From contig JAUYEF010000428.1 in assembly GCA_030691635.1 (NCBI GenBank), positions 1,486 through 65,485 of the forward strand: a stretch of 64,000 bases of DNA. Reading direction: 5' to 3'. The DNA comes from Bacillota bacterium (GTDB lineage: Bacteria; Bacillota; Sulfobacillia; JAUYEF01). Positions within the stretch are counted from its first letter, which is position 1, and every line of letters starts with the position of its first letter. Under the pieces are notes generated by a model that had not been told where the DNA came from, did no database searches, and saw nothing but the letters and a program-made list of their open reading frames with translations. Below, one piece after another: positions 8,688-16,871 of the stretch. The position numbers and the translations under genes are program-made.

Positions 8688-9378
8688 CGCCTGGAAATCT
8701 CATGTAGACAATGAGCTCCGCGATCTTCCCTTCGGCGACGGCGCGCCGGTATGCCTCAACTGTGATCAGGCCGCCGGCCCTGATGATGGTCCCGGCATCC
8801 CCGGCAAGGTCTCGCCCGGCGATGTTGCCGACGACATACGCCATCTCCAGCGCGTCTATTTCATCTTCCAGTGCGACCGGTGTGACCGGCACGACCGCCT
8901 TGACCACTCTGGACAGAGTGCCCGCGGGCGCCCGGCGGCCTTCGCGTGGCTGCCCCAATAGGCTTTTCAGACCCTCCAGCAAGCGAGCGCGGCCTGCCCG
9001 GGCCCTGCTGGCTTCCGCCTCGATTCGCAGCGCCTCTGAGGCGCAGGAATCGATTTCCGGCCTGACAAGCCCGAGTAGGTGGTCGGCCTCCACCCCGGCC
9101 TTCTCGAGGATTCTTAAGCAGGTATCGTCGACTGATGCCTCAAGCCTCTCGACGGCCTGTGCGCGGCTCGAGAGGCGCGACAGGCGGGACTGCACGTGTG
9201 CTCGGGCCGCCAATAGAGCCCTGTTCCTGGCGCGGGCATGGTCCAAAGCGGTCTGGGCCTCCCACACAGCAGCGCTCGAAGAGGCCATAAGATCCCGGCA
9301 GAATGCTCTGACCTCGGCCCTGTCATAACTCAAGAAGGCCAACCCCAGGTGCGGAAGGCCGCGCTTGCCGAGTGTCAC
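8668..9378 (-). CDS. DivIVA-like coiled-coil protein with a C-terminal beta-rich module
   Basis: 236-aa ORF. The N-terminus AFLSYDRAEVRAFCRDL fits the DivIVA F-x4-GYD-x2-EV-x2-F motif and is followed by a long Ala/Arg/Leu coiled coil. The C-terminus is YVVGNIAGRDLAGDAGTIIRAGGLITVEAYRRAVAEGKIAELIVYM. Its GTG overlaps the upstream TGA (GTGA). Confidence 0.55.
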   Translation of the reverse strand: MTLGKRGLPHLGLAFLSYDRAEVRAFCRDLMASSSAAVWEAQTALDHARARNRALLAARAHVQSRLSRLSSRAQAVERLEASVDDTCLRILEKAGVEADHLLGLVRPEIDSCASEALRIEAEASRARAGRARLLEGLKSLLGQPREGRRAPAGTLSRVVKAVVPVTPVALEDEIDALEMAYVVGNIAGRDLAGDAGTIIRAGGLITVEAYRRAVAEGKIAELIVYMRFPGDGLEAG

Positions 9379-9791
9379 TGCCTTCGTGCCGTCCTGTCGG
9401 GGACTGTCCCGGGACGGTCCGAGACGCCGGCCGCCTGCTGGAGCAGGCTTTCGAGCACGAAGGTCAGGCTGCGGAAACCCCTTTCCGCAGCCATAGCCTC
9501 ATCACGGCGCCTGTCCAGGTCGTCACGAGCGTTGGCTAGCATCTGGGAGGCCCTGCTGCGAGAATCCGCGATGGCTCGCGCCACCTTTGCTTCACGCTCC
9601 TGCAGGCCGGTGGTCTCACGCTCTATCTCAGCCAGTTCCTGGTCTAGCTTAAGGTTTGCGGCCTCGAGTCTCGACGTTTCGGTGCAGGCATCCACGACAA
9701 ACATCTTGGTGGAGGCGTAGAGCCTTTCTATGAAGCCATCCACCGCACGTCTGGTGTAGCCCCATGGCCTTATGGAGAACCGGGGTGTCAC
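9375..9791 (-). CDS. DivIVA domain-containing protein
   Basis: I trimmed this from the 218-aa track ORF. The GTG at 9791-9789 overlaps the pelF-like TGA (GTGA). It encodes (M)TPRFSIRPWGYTRRAVDGFIERLY followed by a coiled coil (LEAANLKLDQELAEIERETTGLQEREAKV). Confidence 0.65.
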   Translation of the reverse strand: MTPRFSIRPWGYTRRAVDGFIERLYASTKMFVVDACTETSRLEAANLKLDQELAEIERETTGLQEREAKVARAIADSRSRASQMLANARDDLDRRRDEAMAAERGFRSLTFVLESLLQQAAGVSDRPGTVPDRTARRQ

Positions 9792-11632
9792 AAGACCACC
9801 CCAGCCGGGTTTAGGCCGGCCCTGGCGACACCTGCCCGGTCGAGCTGCGAGGGCGAGCGCGAGTGCAGTGTGCTTCGCGCCTGAATGGCCTTCCGCATCT
9901 CGGCCTGCGCCGCGCTCCTGTGGCCCATGCCCACGAGCGCTCTTGCCAAGAGAATCCGCAGAGCCGGTGCGGCTGCGCTGGATTCGTCCAGAGTAATGGC
10001 CAGCCTGAAGGCGGCGACCGCCTCGGGCCATCTCCCGGACAGGCCGAGCGCGAAGCCTCTGTGGGCGAACAGCGCCTGTCGCGCCAGGGTCCGGCGCGCA
10101 AGTTCGCGAGACTCGGCTTCCCGGTCGCTGAGTTGAGCCAGGCGCTCATAGCACTCCAAGTGCAGCACGGCGAACCGTTCTGTGGTGAAGTAGGTGAGCG
10201 CCCGCTCGCGCGCCTCCTGGCCCAGTGACGCGCGTTCCAGCGGGTTCTCCAAAAGGTAGCAGATGGCCCGGGCAAATTGCTCCGGGTCCTGCGGCGGGAC
10301 GACGATGCCCGCCGGGCCGAGAGCTTCGCTCACGCCTCCAACATCTGTAGCGACGATCGCCTTGCCGGCCATCATCGCCTCAACTATCGAATAGGGAAAT
10401 CCCTCGGTCACGCTCGATAGCACAACGATATCGCCAGAGTGGTACGCCTCCGGCGCGTTCTCGGTGTGGCCTGCGAACACGAATGCCCGGTCAAGTCCCA
10501 GCCGGGTCCTGAGCGCCAGGCATCTGTCGAAGTACTCCGGCATAGTGACCCCGCCGTAGATGATGAACCTGACCTCCGGGGCGGTGGCATGCACAAGAGC
10601 TGCGGCACAGAGAAGCGTCTCGATGTCCTTGACCGGGTCGATACGCATAACTCCGATGACCGCAGGCGGGCTCTTCTTCCTGTGTGGCGAAGGAGCGAAC
10701 ACGGCCGGGTCCACGCCGTTATGGATGACGCGGATTTTCGTGGCACGCACGCCGAGCTGTCGCTCCCAGCGGGAATTGTAAGCGCATACAGGCGATACCT
10801 GGTCCGCGAAGTGGTAGTTCAGCGCGACCACCGACCGGACCAAGCTCATCAGGAACTTCCTTAGGTAAGGCGGCAGGGCCGCCCTTCCCTTCGAGAGGTA
10901 CTGCTCGCGCAGGTACACACCGTGCTCGGTGAGCAGGTAGGGGGTGTTGTGCAGGATGCGTGAGAGCACCGCTGGTATGCCGCAGAAGGCCGCGGCCGCA
11001 GAGTGCGCGACATCCACCCGGGGCAGTGGTGTGTTCAGTATGATGAAGAACCTGTAGAGCCAGCCGAGGCTCTGGGTAAGGTCAAACAGCGTCGGCTCCG
11101 GCCACCTGACCGGGCGGGCGTTGGGCGCCGCCAGCCGCTTGAAGCACTCCCACGTGGCCGGGCTCTTGGAACACACCCGGTAGTCGTATTCCTCGAAGAG
11201 CTGGTACAGGCCGGCGCATGTGGCTCCAAAGCGGGCGGGATCCTTTTCATCGGACGTGACCTCGGCGATCAGGTCCCGGAAGAGCGGCAGGAACTGTGAA
11301 GCGATGGTTTTCTCGATGGTCCTGCGTTTGGCGAGATAGACTTGGGAGAAGGGCCTGCCGGCGAGGTGCTCGCAGGGTTCCTCCGTGCCCCAGAGAGGCA
11401 CACGCAGCAGGCGGGCGTTTCCCGGCAGGCGGTAGGTCTGGGTCACAAAGGGGTTCATCATCACTGCATAGATCACAAAATCAATCTGCTCGAGCTTCGA
11501 GAGCAGGATGTCACACCAGGTGCTGACGCCTCCCCTGGCAAAGGGGTAAGTGCCTTCCGTTGTGAGCATCACTCTTATGCGCTCGGGCATCTGAAGTAGC
11601 ACCAGCCACCAGGCAGCGACAATATCGCTCAA
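9788..11632 (-). CDS. pelF: PelF-like GT4 glycosyltransferase (DUF3492 N-terminus) fused to C-terminal TPR-like repeats
   Basis: 614-aa ORF. RVMLTTEGTYPFARGGVSTWCDILL matches the characteristic PelF/DUF3492 start. The GT4 E-x7-E motif is present (SSVTEGFPYSIVEAMMAGKAIVATDVGG). The last ~110 aa (GFALGLSGRWPEAVAAFRLAITLD...LARALVGMGHRSAAQAEMRKAI) look TPR-like. The start may be the ATG at 11590. Confidence 0.75.
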   Translation of the reverse strand: MSDIVAAWWLVLLQMPERIRVMLTTEGTYPFARGGVSTWCDILLSKLEQIDFVIYAVMMNPFVTQTYRLPGNARLLRVPLWGTEEPCEHLAGRPFSQVYLAKRRTIEKTIASQFLPLFRDLIAEVTSDEKDPARFGATCAGLYQLFEEYDYRVCSKSPATWECFKRLAAPNARPVRWPEPTLFDLTQSLGWLYRFFIILNTPLPRVDVAHSAAAAFCGIPAVLSRILHNTPYLLTEHGVYLREQYLSKGRAALPPYLRKFLMSLVRSVVALNYHFADQVSPVCAYNSRWERQLGVRATKIRVIHNGVDPAVFAPSPHRKKSPPAVIGVMRIDPVKDIETLLCAAALVHATAPEVRFIIYGGVTMPEYFDRCLALRTRLGLDRAFVFAGHTENAPEAYHSGDIVVLSSVTEGFPYSIVEAMMAGKAIVATDVGGVSEALGPAGIVVPPQDPEQFARAICYLLENPLERASLGQEARERALTYFTTERFAVLHLECYERLAQLSDREAESRELARRTLARQALFAHRGFALGLSGRWPEAVAAFRLAITLDESSAAAPALRILLARALVGMGHRSAAQAEMRKAIQARSTLHSRSPSQLDRAGVARAGLNPAGVVL

Positions 11633-11647
11633 AATGTGTCACAACGT

Positions 11648-11676
11648 TATAACACCCACTATCATTATGCAGCAAT
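11648..11676 (-). promoter_or_regulatory. Candidate sigma-A promoter of the pelF-like operon
   Basis: On the minus strand: TTGCTG (11676-11671), 17 nt, TTATAA (11653-11648). It lies in the only AT-rich 200-nt gap of the island. Confidence 0.35.
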
Positions 11677-11832
11677 ATTACAGGATGAAACTTCCCCTCC
11701 ATCTCACAGGAAACCCCTCGCGACCTATTGCTCGGCCGTGAGGGGTCTGGTGCCCCGCGTGAAACTCTGGCCCGAGATGCAGACAAGCGTCCTCCCGCGT
11801 CAACCTGCGGCCTGATGCGCAGGCTATGCGGG

Positions 11833-13431
11833 CTACCTCCTCAGCACTTTGCCTGCCTTTTCGCCGGTTATCTCCCCATCCCTCAGGGCGACCGATCCGT
11901 TCACCAGCACATACTTGACGCCTGCAGGCTTCTCAGATGGGGTCTCCACGCTGCCGGAGTCCCCGACGGTGTGCCTGTCGAACACCACCAGGTCCGCGAA
12001 ATGGCCCTGCTTCAGCAGTCCCCGGTCGCTGAGGCCCATGCGCCCGGCAGGGACCGAGGTCAGCTTCCGGACCGCATCTTCCAGTGGAAGCGCGCCCAAG
12101 TCCCGTGCGTAGCGGCCAAGCACCCTCGGGTAAGTGCCGAAGGTCCTCGGGTGGCCGGCGCCCGACTTATCCTCAAGGACATCCTGCGTGCTAGCGTCCG
12201 TGGATATCATCGAGAACGGGTGTTTGATGAACATCTCAACTTCGTTCTCGCTCATGATCAGCGCCGTCTTGACGGCCAGGTGGTTCTCAACGCCAAGCCA
12301 GATGACCGCCGGTATCAGGCCTATGCCCAGGTCTGCGGCGATTTCCTCGAGGCTCTTCCACTCATGCTCCCTGGTGTTCTGGCACCAGACGACCCCGCGC
12401 TGTGGCAAGTTCCTCAGCCGGACCGGATCGATCTTGGCCATCTCAGTCTCTGCGTCCCGGGCCACCTGTGCGGCGCCCTCAGGGTCGCCCCTGAGGGCGC
12501 TGAGCAGTTCACCGATGTTGAGTCTCGGCGCAACGCCGGTGAATATGCCCCGTAGCGTGCCGATCTGGGCGAAGATGTACGGGTAGACGTCGAACATCAG
12601 GTCAAGCCCGCTTTCCCGGGCCTGCTCGATCCGTTCGAGGACGGAAGGCGCCTTGCCCCAGTTCTGCTTGCCGCAGACCTTGGCGTGCACGATGTGGGGC
12701 CTCGCCCCGCTTGCCCTGGCCACGTAGAGCAGCTCGTCGATCGCCTCGTGGATTGCGTCGCCCTCGCTCAGCATGTGGCAGGCATAGAGCCCGCCGGACG
12801 GAGCGATTTCCCTGCACATCGCGGCGATTTCCTCACGGCCGGCAAGGCGCCCGGGCATGTAAGTCCTCCCAGCGCTGAGGCCGAACGCGCCTTCCTTCAT
12901 GGCATCCCGCACGGTTAGCCGCATCTTATCAAGTTCTTCGGCGGAGGGCTCGCGGTCTTCATACCCCATGACATAGTTGCGGACCGTCCCCTGGCCGACG
13001 AACATGCCCAGGTTCACTCCGCAGCCGACATCCTCGATCCTGCCGAGAAACTCACCAAAGGAGTGCCAGTCCACGCTGGGCGGTTCGACGCCCATCCGCT
13101 TGGCCCGCTCGGCCGCCCGCTCCTTCATGGCGTCGTTGACCGGCCCCTGCGAACCGCCACACTGGCCTGCGAACACCGTCGTTATGCCCTGGAACAGAGA
13201 GCTCTTGCAGTACGGGTTGGTCAGGACCGCCCTGTCGGCATGCGAGTGCACATCTATGAAGCCAGGCGAAACGCACAGGCCTCCGGCGTCGATATGCTCG
13301 CTCCCGGTGAGCGACCCCGGCACTGGCGAGACGACGCCTATGCGCTGCCCGGATATGCCGATATCGCCCGTGAACCGGGCGCGCCCGGAGCCGTCTACGA
13401 TGGTCCCGTTCCGGATGACAAGGTCAAACAT
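11833..13431 (-). CDS. N-acyl-D-amino-acid deacylase (D-aminoacylase) family amidohydrolase
   Basis: 532-aa ORF. MFDLVIRNGTIVDGSG...GLCVSPGFIDVHSHAD and the overall length are typical of the COG3653 D-aminoacylase family. Confidence 0.8.
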   Translation of the reverse strand: MFDLVIRNGTIVDGSGRARFTGDIGISGQRIGVVSPVPGSLTGSEHIDAGGLCVSPGFIDVHSHADRAVLTNPYCKSSLFQGITTVFAGQCGGSQGPVNDAMKERAAERAKRMGVEPPSVDWHSFGEFLGRIEDVGCGVNLGMFVGQGTVRNYVMGYEDREPSAEELDKMRLTVRDAMKEGAFGLSAGRTYMPGRLAGREEIAAMCREIAPSGGLYACHMLSEGDAIHEAIDELLYVARASGARPHIVHAKVCGKQNWGKAPSVLERIEQARESGLDLMFDVYPYIFAQIGTLRGIFTGVAPRLNIGELLSALRGDPEGAAQVARDAETEMAKIDPVRLRNLPQRGVVWCQNTREHEWKSLEEIAADLGIGLIPAVIWLGVENHLAVKTALIMSENEVEMFIKHPFSMISTDASTQDVLEDKSGAGHPRTFGTYPRVLGRYARDLGALPLEDAVRKLTSVPAGRMGLSDRGLLKQGHFADLVVFDRHTVGDSGSVETPSEKPAGVKYVLVNGSVALRDGEITGEKAGKVLRR

Positions 13432-13486
13432 GGTTACCGTTCCTTTCCCCAGCGTCAGTTGGGAAGTCCAGGGAAACTCTATGTGT

Positions 13487-14395
13487 CTATGCTAAGAGGT
13501 CCAGGGCGTCAACCGCCGCCATGAAGCGAAAGCCTGCGCACAGCCTTGCGAACTTATCCCTGCTGGCCGCCAGGCCCCAGTATTGCCTCACCCTGTCCAC
13601 GGGACCTATCCCGGCGAGCCGGGGTTGGCCGTCATCGAACTCCCATGGGTGGAAATACAGCATGGCAGGGGTCTTATCCTTGTTCATGCTGCTCAGGGCC
13701 ATCGCGGTCGCGCGGTAAGGCAGCGCCCGGAAAAACACGCCCCCGAGCGGGAGCCGCACCGGCCCCCATCCGGCCACAGCGACCGGCAGTTCCCACAGCC
13801 CCGGGCAGATTCCCCACGGAAGGCGAGCGGCCCGCGCATGGTCCGGCCCGGCCAGCGCCACCGGAAATACGCTCGAGTCGTACCTGAACCCGAGGTCGCG
13901 AAGCACTTCGTGGTGTCTCCGGTCACCTGGGCCCAGCGAGAAACCCGGTGCACGGTACCCGACGGGCACCTGCCCGCAGGCCCCGACGATGGCGTCGCTT
14001 GCGCGCAGCACATCGTCCCTGAACCGGCCCGGGTCCATTTCCTTGACGCTGCGGTGCTCGTGCCCGTGACAAGCGACTTCATGCCCGCGTCGAGCGATCT
14101 GCTTGATGAGTCTCGGGTGGCTTTCCGCGAAAACGCCCAGGCAGAAGAACGTCGCCCGCTGGCGTCGCGCCTCAAGCACATCGAGAAGCCACGATAGGGG
14201 CTCGGCGCACCGGCTTTCGAACGCTCGCGCGCCTTGCCCGGCGCCGCGCCATAAGCAGGCGCGCCGGGCGTCGCTGACCGCGCGCTGGAACACAGCTGTG
14301 TGGAAATACTCCTCAACGTCTATGGTCAGGACGTTCAGCGGCGCCGGGACGTGATCTTTCGGACCAGAGGAATCACCGGGACCTGGACAGAACAC
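13487..14395 (-). CDS. Polysaccharide deacetylase (CE4 with DUF3473-type C-terminus)
   Basis: 302-aa ORF. NVLTIDVEEYFH, EVACHGHEH and MLYFHPWEF are signatures of the EPS-locus deacetylase subfamily. GTG start. Confidence 0.8.
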   Translation of the reverse strand: MFCPGPGDSSGPKDHVPAPLNVLTIDVEEYFHTAVFQRAVSDARRACLWRGAGQGARAFESRCAEPLSWLLDVLEARRQRATFFCLGVFAESHPRLIKQIARRGHEVACHGHEHRSVKEMDPGRFRDDVLRASDAIVGACGQVPVGYRAPGFSLGPGDRRHHEVLRDLGFRYDSSVFPVALAGPDHARAARLPWGICPGLWELPVAVAGWGPVRLPLGGVFFRALPYRATAMALSSMNKDKTPAMLYFHPWEFDDGQPRLAGIGPVDRVRQYWGLAASRDKFARLCAGFRFMAAVDALDLLA

Positions 14396-14451
14396 ATTTC
14401 GGAGAATACTCTACCAGTGACCGTATTCCTTGCCTTGAGGGGGGAAGAAAC

Positions 14452-14949
14452 GTGGACAGCGCAAGATACTACTCAGGCCTTACGTTGGATGAGTTCCTGA
14501 AGGGCATGGCCGACCAGGACAGGGCTGCTTTTGTCCGGAGCCAGGAAGCCTCTGAGAAGATGGCGCAGGCGCCCGAAAGGCAGCGTGAGATGTCCGGTTC
14601 GAGCATTCACCTGTATGCCGCCGCAGAGGCATGGTGCATAGACACCAAGGTGAACCTGCCAGTCGCCACGGCGCTGGCGAAGGTCGCGGGCAATATAGAC
14701 CTCCGTTGCCACACACGCGAAGCGTCGCGCGACCTGGGCGTGGAACGCATACCTACATTCATCCTGTATGACGCGGATTTCTTGGAAATCGGACGCTGGG
14801 TGGAGCGCCCTCAGCCGGTCAAGACGGCTATGGGGAAGGCCGCGACCCGCGAAGAGAAGCTCCTAACCTGGAACCCCTATCTGACAGGCGCGTTCAGGAT
14901 AGACACGCTGGCCGAGCTGTTGGGGATAGCGACGAAACTCGACGCGTGA
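14452..14949 (+). CDS. Thioredoxin-like fold protein (second Cys of the CxxC lost)
   Basis: 165-aa ORF. AAAEAWCIDTKVNLP and GVERIPTFILYD resemble thioredoxin-family proteins. The GTG start has a GAGGGGGG SD. Confidence 0.5.
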   Translation: MDSARYYSGLTLDEFLKGMADQDRAAFVRSQEASEKMAQAPERQREMSGSSIHLYAAAEAWCIDTKVNLPVATALAKVAGNIDLRCHTREASRDLGVERIPTFILYDADFLEIGRWVERPQPVKTAMGKAATREEKLLTWNPYLTGAFRIDTLAELLGIATKLDA

Positions 14950-15127
14950 TGATCGGGTGGGCAACGATAACGAGGCATCCAAATGTGCGGCGATACAGCT
15001 CTAGGGTATAACAAGCTACCGTTAGAACCGTAACTGCCATGTTCACGACTACGTTAATACCATGGCGGCTGACGAGTAGTAGAATCAGGCCGGTTTCCCG
15101 CTGACCGGTGTGCGCAGCAGTCTGATC

Positions 15128-16624
15128 TCAGCCGCCGGCTAAACCTGCCGGGCCGGCCTTTCTTATCTCCCATGCCGCCCGGCGCATCCTCTCGACCGAC
15201 CGCTCTTTCCCAAGCAGCGCAAGCACATCGAAGAGCCCCGGACCGAGGGTGCGTCCCGTGACCGCAAGCCTGGTCGGGTGGATCAGCTGCCCGCTTGTTA
15301 TCCCGCGCTCTTCGATTATCTTCCGGTAGACGGCCTCAACAGTCACCGGGGTGAAGTCCCCCTCCACAGCTTCAAGCGCCGACGCAGCGTCCTCCAGCAG
15401 TCTCGCGACACTGGGGTCTGAGAAGTGCTTGCGGCGGCCTTTGTCATCGTACCCGTCGAGGTCGCGGTAGAAGTACTCGACCGCCTCCGGGATCTCGACG
15501 AGCGTCTTGACCCGGTCCCGCATCGCCGAGAGGATCGAACGCAGGCACATGATCTCCTGCTCGCTCACCACGTCGCCGAAAAGGGCCGCCTTCTGCATGA
15601 ACGGCACGGCCAGCGAGATCACCCTGCCCAGGTCGGTATTGCGGAGGTAGTGGCCGTTCATCCAGGTCAGCTTCTGCAGGTCATAGATGGCGGGGTTTTT
15701 CGACACATCTTCGAGCCTGAAGAGCCTGACCATCTCATCCACGGTCAGCACTTCCGACCCCGTGTTTGGCGTCCAGCCCAAGAATGCCAGGTAATTCATC
15801 ACAGCCTCGGGCATGAAACCGAGGTCTTTGAACTCCTGCACGGACATCGCTCCGTGGCGCTTGGAGAGTTTTGACCGGTCCGGAGCGAGGATCATGGGGA
15901 CGTGGGCGAACCTTGGCTGCTCGAGCCCCAGGGCCTCGTAGACCATTATCTGCTTAGGCGTGTTGGAGATGTGCTCGTCCGCCCTGATGATGTATGTCAG
16001 GTGCATCGCCGAGTCATCGACCACGCACGCATAGTTGTAAGTCGGGTAGCCGTCGGATTTCAGCAGCACGAAGTCCCCGATCAGCGCATTCTCGAACTCG
16101 ATCCGGCCTCTGATCAGGTCATCGTACGCGGTGATCCCGTGGTCGGGGGTGCGGAGCCTGAGCGCAGGCTTGCGCCCCTCGCGCTCACATGCCTGTATCT
16201 GGGCTTCAGTCAGGTTGCGGCAGGCGCCCTCGTACATCGGGGCCCGGCCCTCCTTGACGGCTCCTTCCCGCCTGGCCTTGAGTTCTTCCGGCGTGCAGTA
16301 GCACCAGTACGCGTGACCACCGGCCAGGAGCTTGTCCGCGGACGCCTTGTAGAGATCGCGCCGCTGTGACTGGAAGTAAGGGCCATATTCGCCACCGACA
16401 ACCGGCCCTTCGTCCCAATCGAGCCCGAGCCACTTGAACGCCTCAAGCATCTGCGTGATCGAGTCCTCGATCGTGCGTTCGGCGTCGGTATCCTCGATCC
16501 TCAGGACGAACTTGCCACCGTTGTGCCTGGCGAAGAGCCAGTTGAAGAACGCGGTCCGAGCGCCGCCGATGTGCAGGTAGCCCGTCGGGCTCGGCGCGAA
16601 CCGTACTCTGACCTCACTAGCCAT
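15128..16624 (-). CDS. gltX: Glutamate--tRNA ligase
   Basis: VRVRFAPSPTGYLHIGGARTAFFNWLFA (HIGH) and KLSKRHG (KMSKS). I moved the start to the ATG at 16624, which is preceded by AGGAGGTG. Confidence 0.95.
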   Translation of the reverse strand: MASEVRVRFAPSPTGYLHIGGARTAFFNWLFARHNGGKFVLRIEDTDAERTIEDSITQMLEAFKWLGLDWDEGPVVGGEYGPYFQSQRRDLYKASADKLLAGGHAYWCYCTPEELKARREGAVKEGRAPMYEGACRNLTEAQIQACEREGRKPALRLRTPDHGITAYDDLIRGRIEFENALIGDFVLLKSDGYPTYNYACVVDDSAMHLTYIIRADEHISNTPKQIMVYEALGLEQPRFAHVPMILAPDRSKLSKRHGAMSVQEFKDLGFMPEAVMNYLAFLGWTPNTGSEVLTVDEMVRLFRLEDVSKNPAIYDLQKLTWMNGHYLRNTDLGRVISLAVPFMQKAALFGDVVSEQEIMCLRSILSAMRDRVKTLVEIPEAVEYFYRDLDGYDDKGRRKHFSDPSVARLLEDAASALEAVEGDFTPVTVEAVYRKIIEERGITSGQLIHPTRLAVTGRTLGPGLFDVLALLGKERSVERMRRAAWEIRKAGPAGLAGG

Positions 16625-16792
16625 GCCCGTCACCTCCTGTCGGGTGTATTTCCTGTCACTGGTATTCTTGCAGGTATTATCCTCGGCTATGCCGCTCTTT
16701 ACGAGCATATATCAGCAATCCTCTCAAGACAACAACAGTGGCCGTGGGAGCGTCGCCTGTCGCCTTGGACGGCGCGCTCGACGGAGCTAGCA

Positions 16793-16828
16793 CGAACGAA
16801 AAGAGGCCCGAGGAGTCCAGGCCTCTTC
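16793..16828 (-). terminator. Rho-independent terminator after the oxidoreductase operon
   Basis: Minus strand: AAGAGGCC-tggactcctcg-GGCCTCTT followed by TTCGTT. Confidence 0.55.
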
Positions 16829-16871
16829 ATGCCGACTATCTGGGGACTAACGCCCTTTCGCGCCGTCTCCC

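Noticed and set aside
7642-8961. Several 200-320-aa ORFs overlapping the PelG-like gene on both strands
   Set aside because: They are alternative or antisense frames of a GC-rich membrane gene. Only the 7080-8687 frame gives regular hydrophobic helices.
9792-10031. N-terminal 80 codons of the 218-aa DivIVA-like track ORF
   Set aside because: This part overlaps the TPR tail of the pelF-like gene and is Arg/Gly-rich. The GTG at 9791 gives a GTGA overlap with the pelF stop and starts right at the DivIVA motif.
16625-16871. T-box or other leader upstream of gltX
   Set aside because: The gap contains only the terminator of the upstream operon and a modest promoter-like element. There is no T-box sequence or specifier structure.
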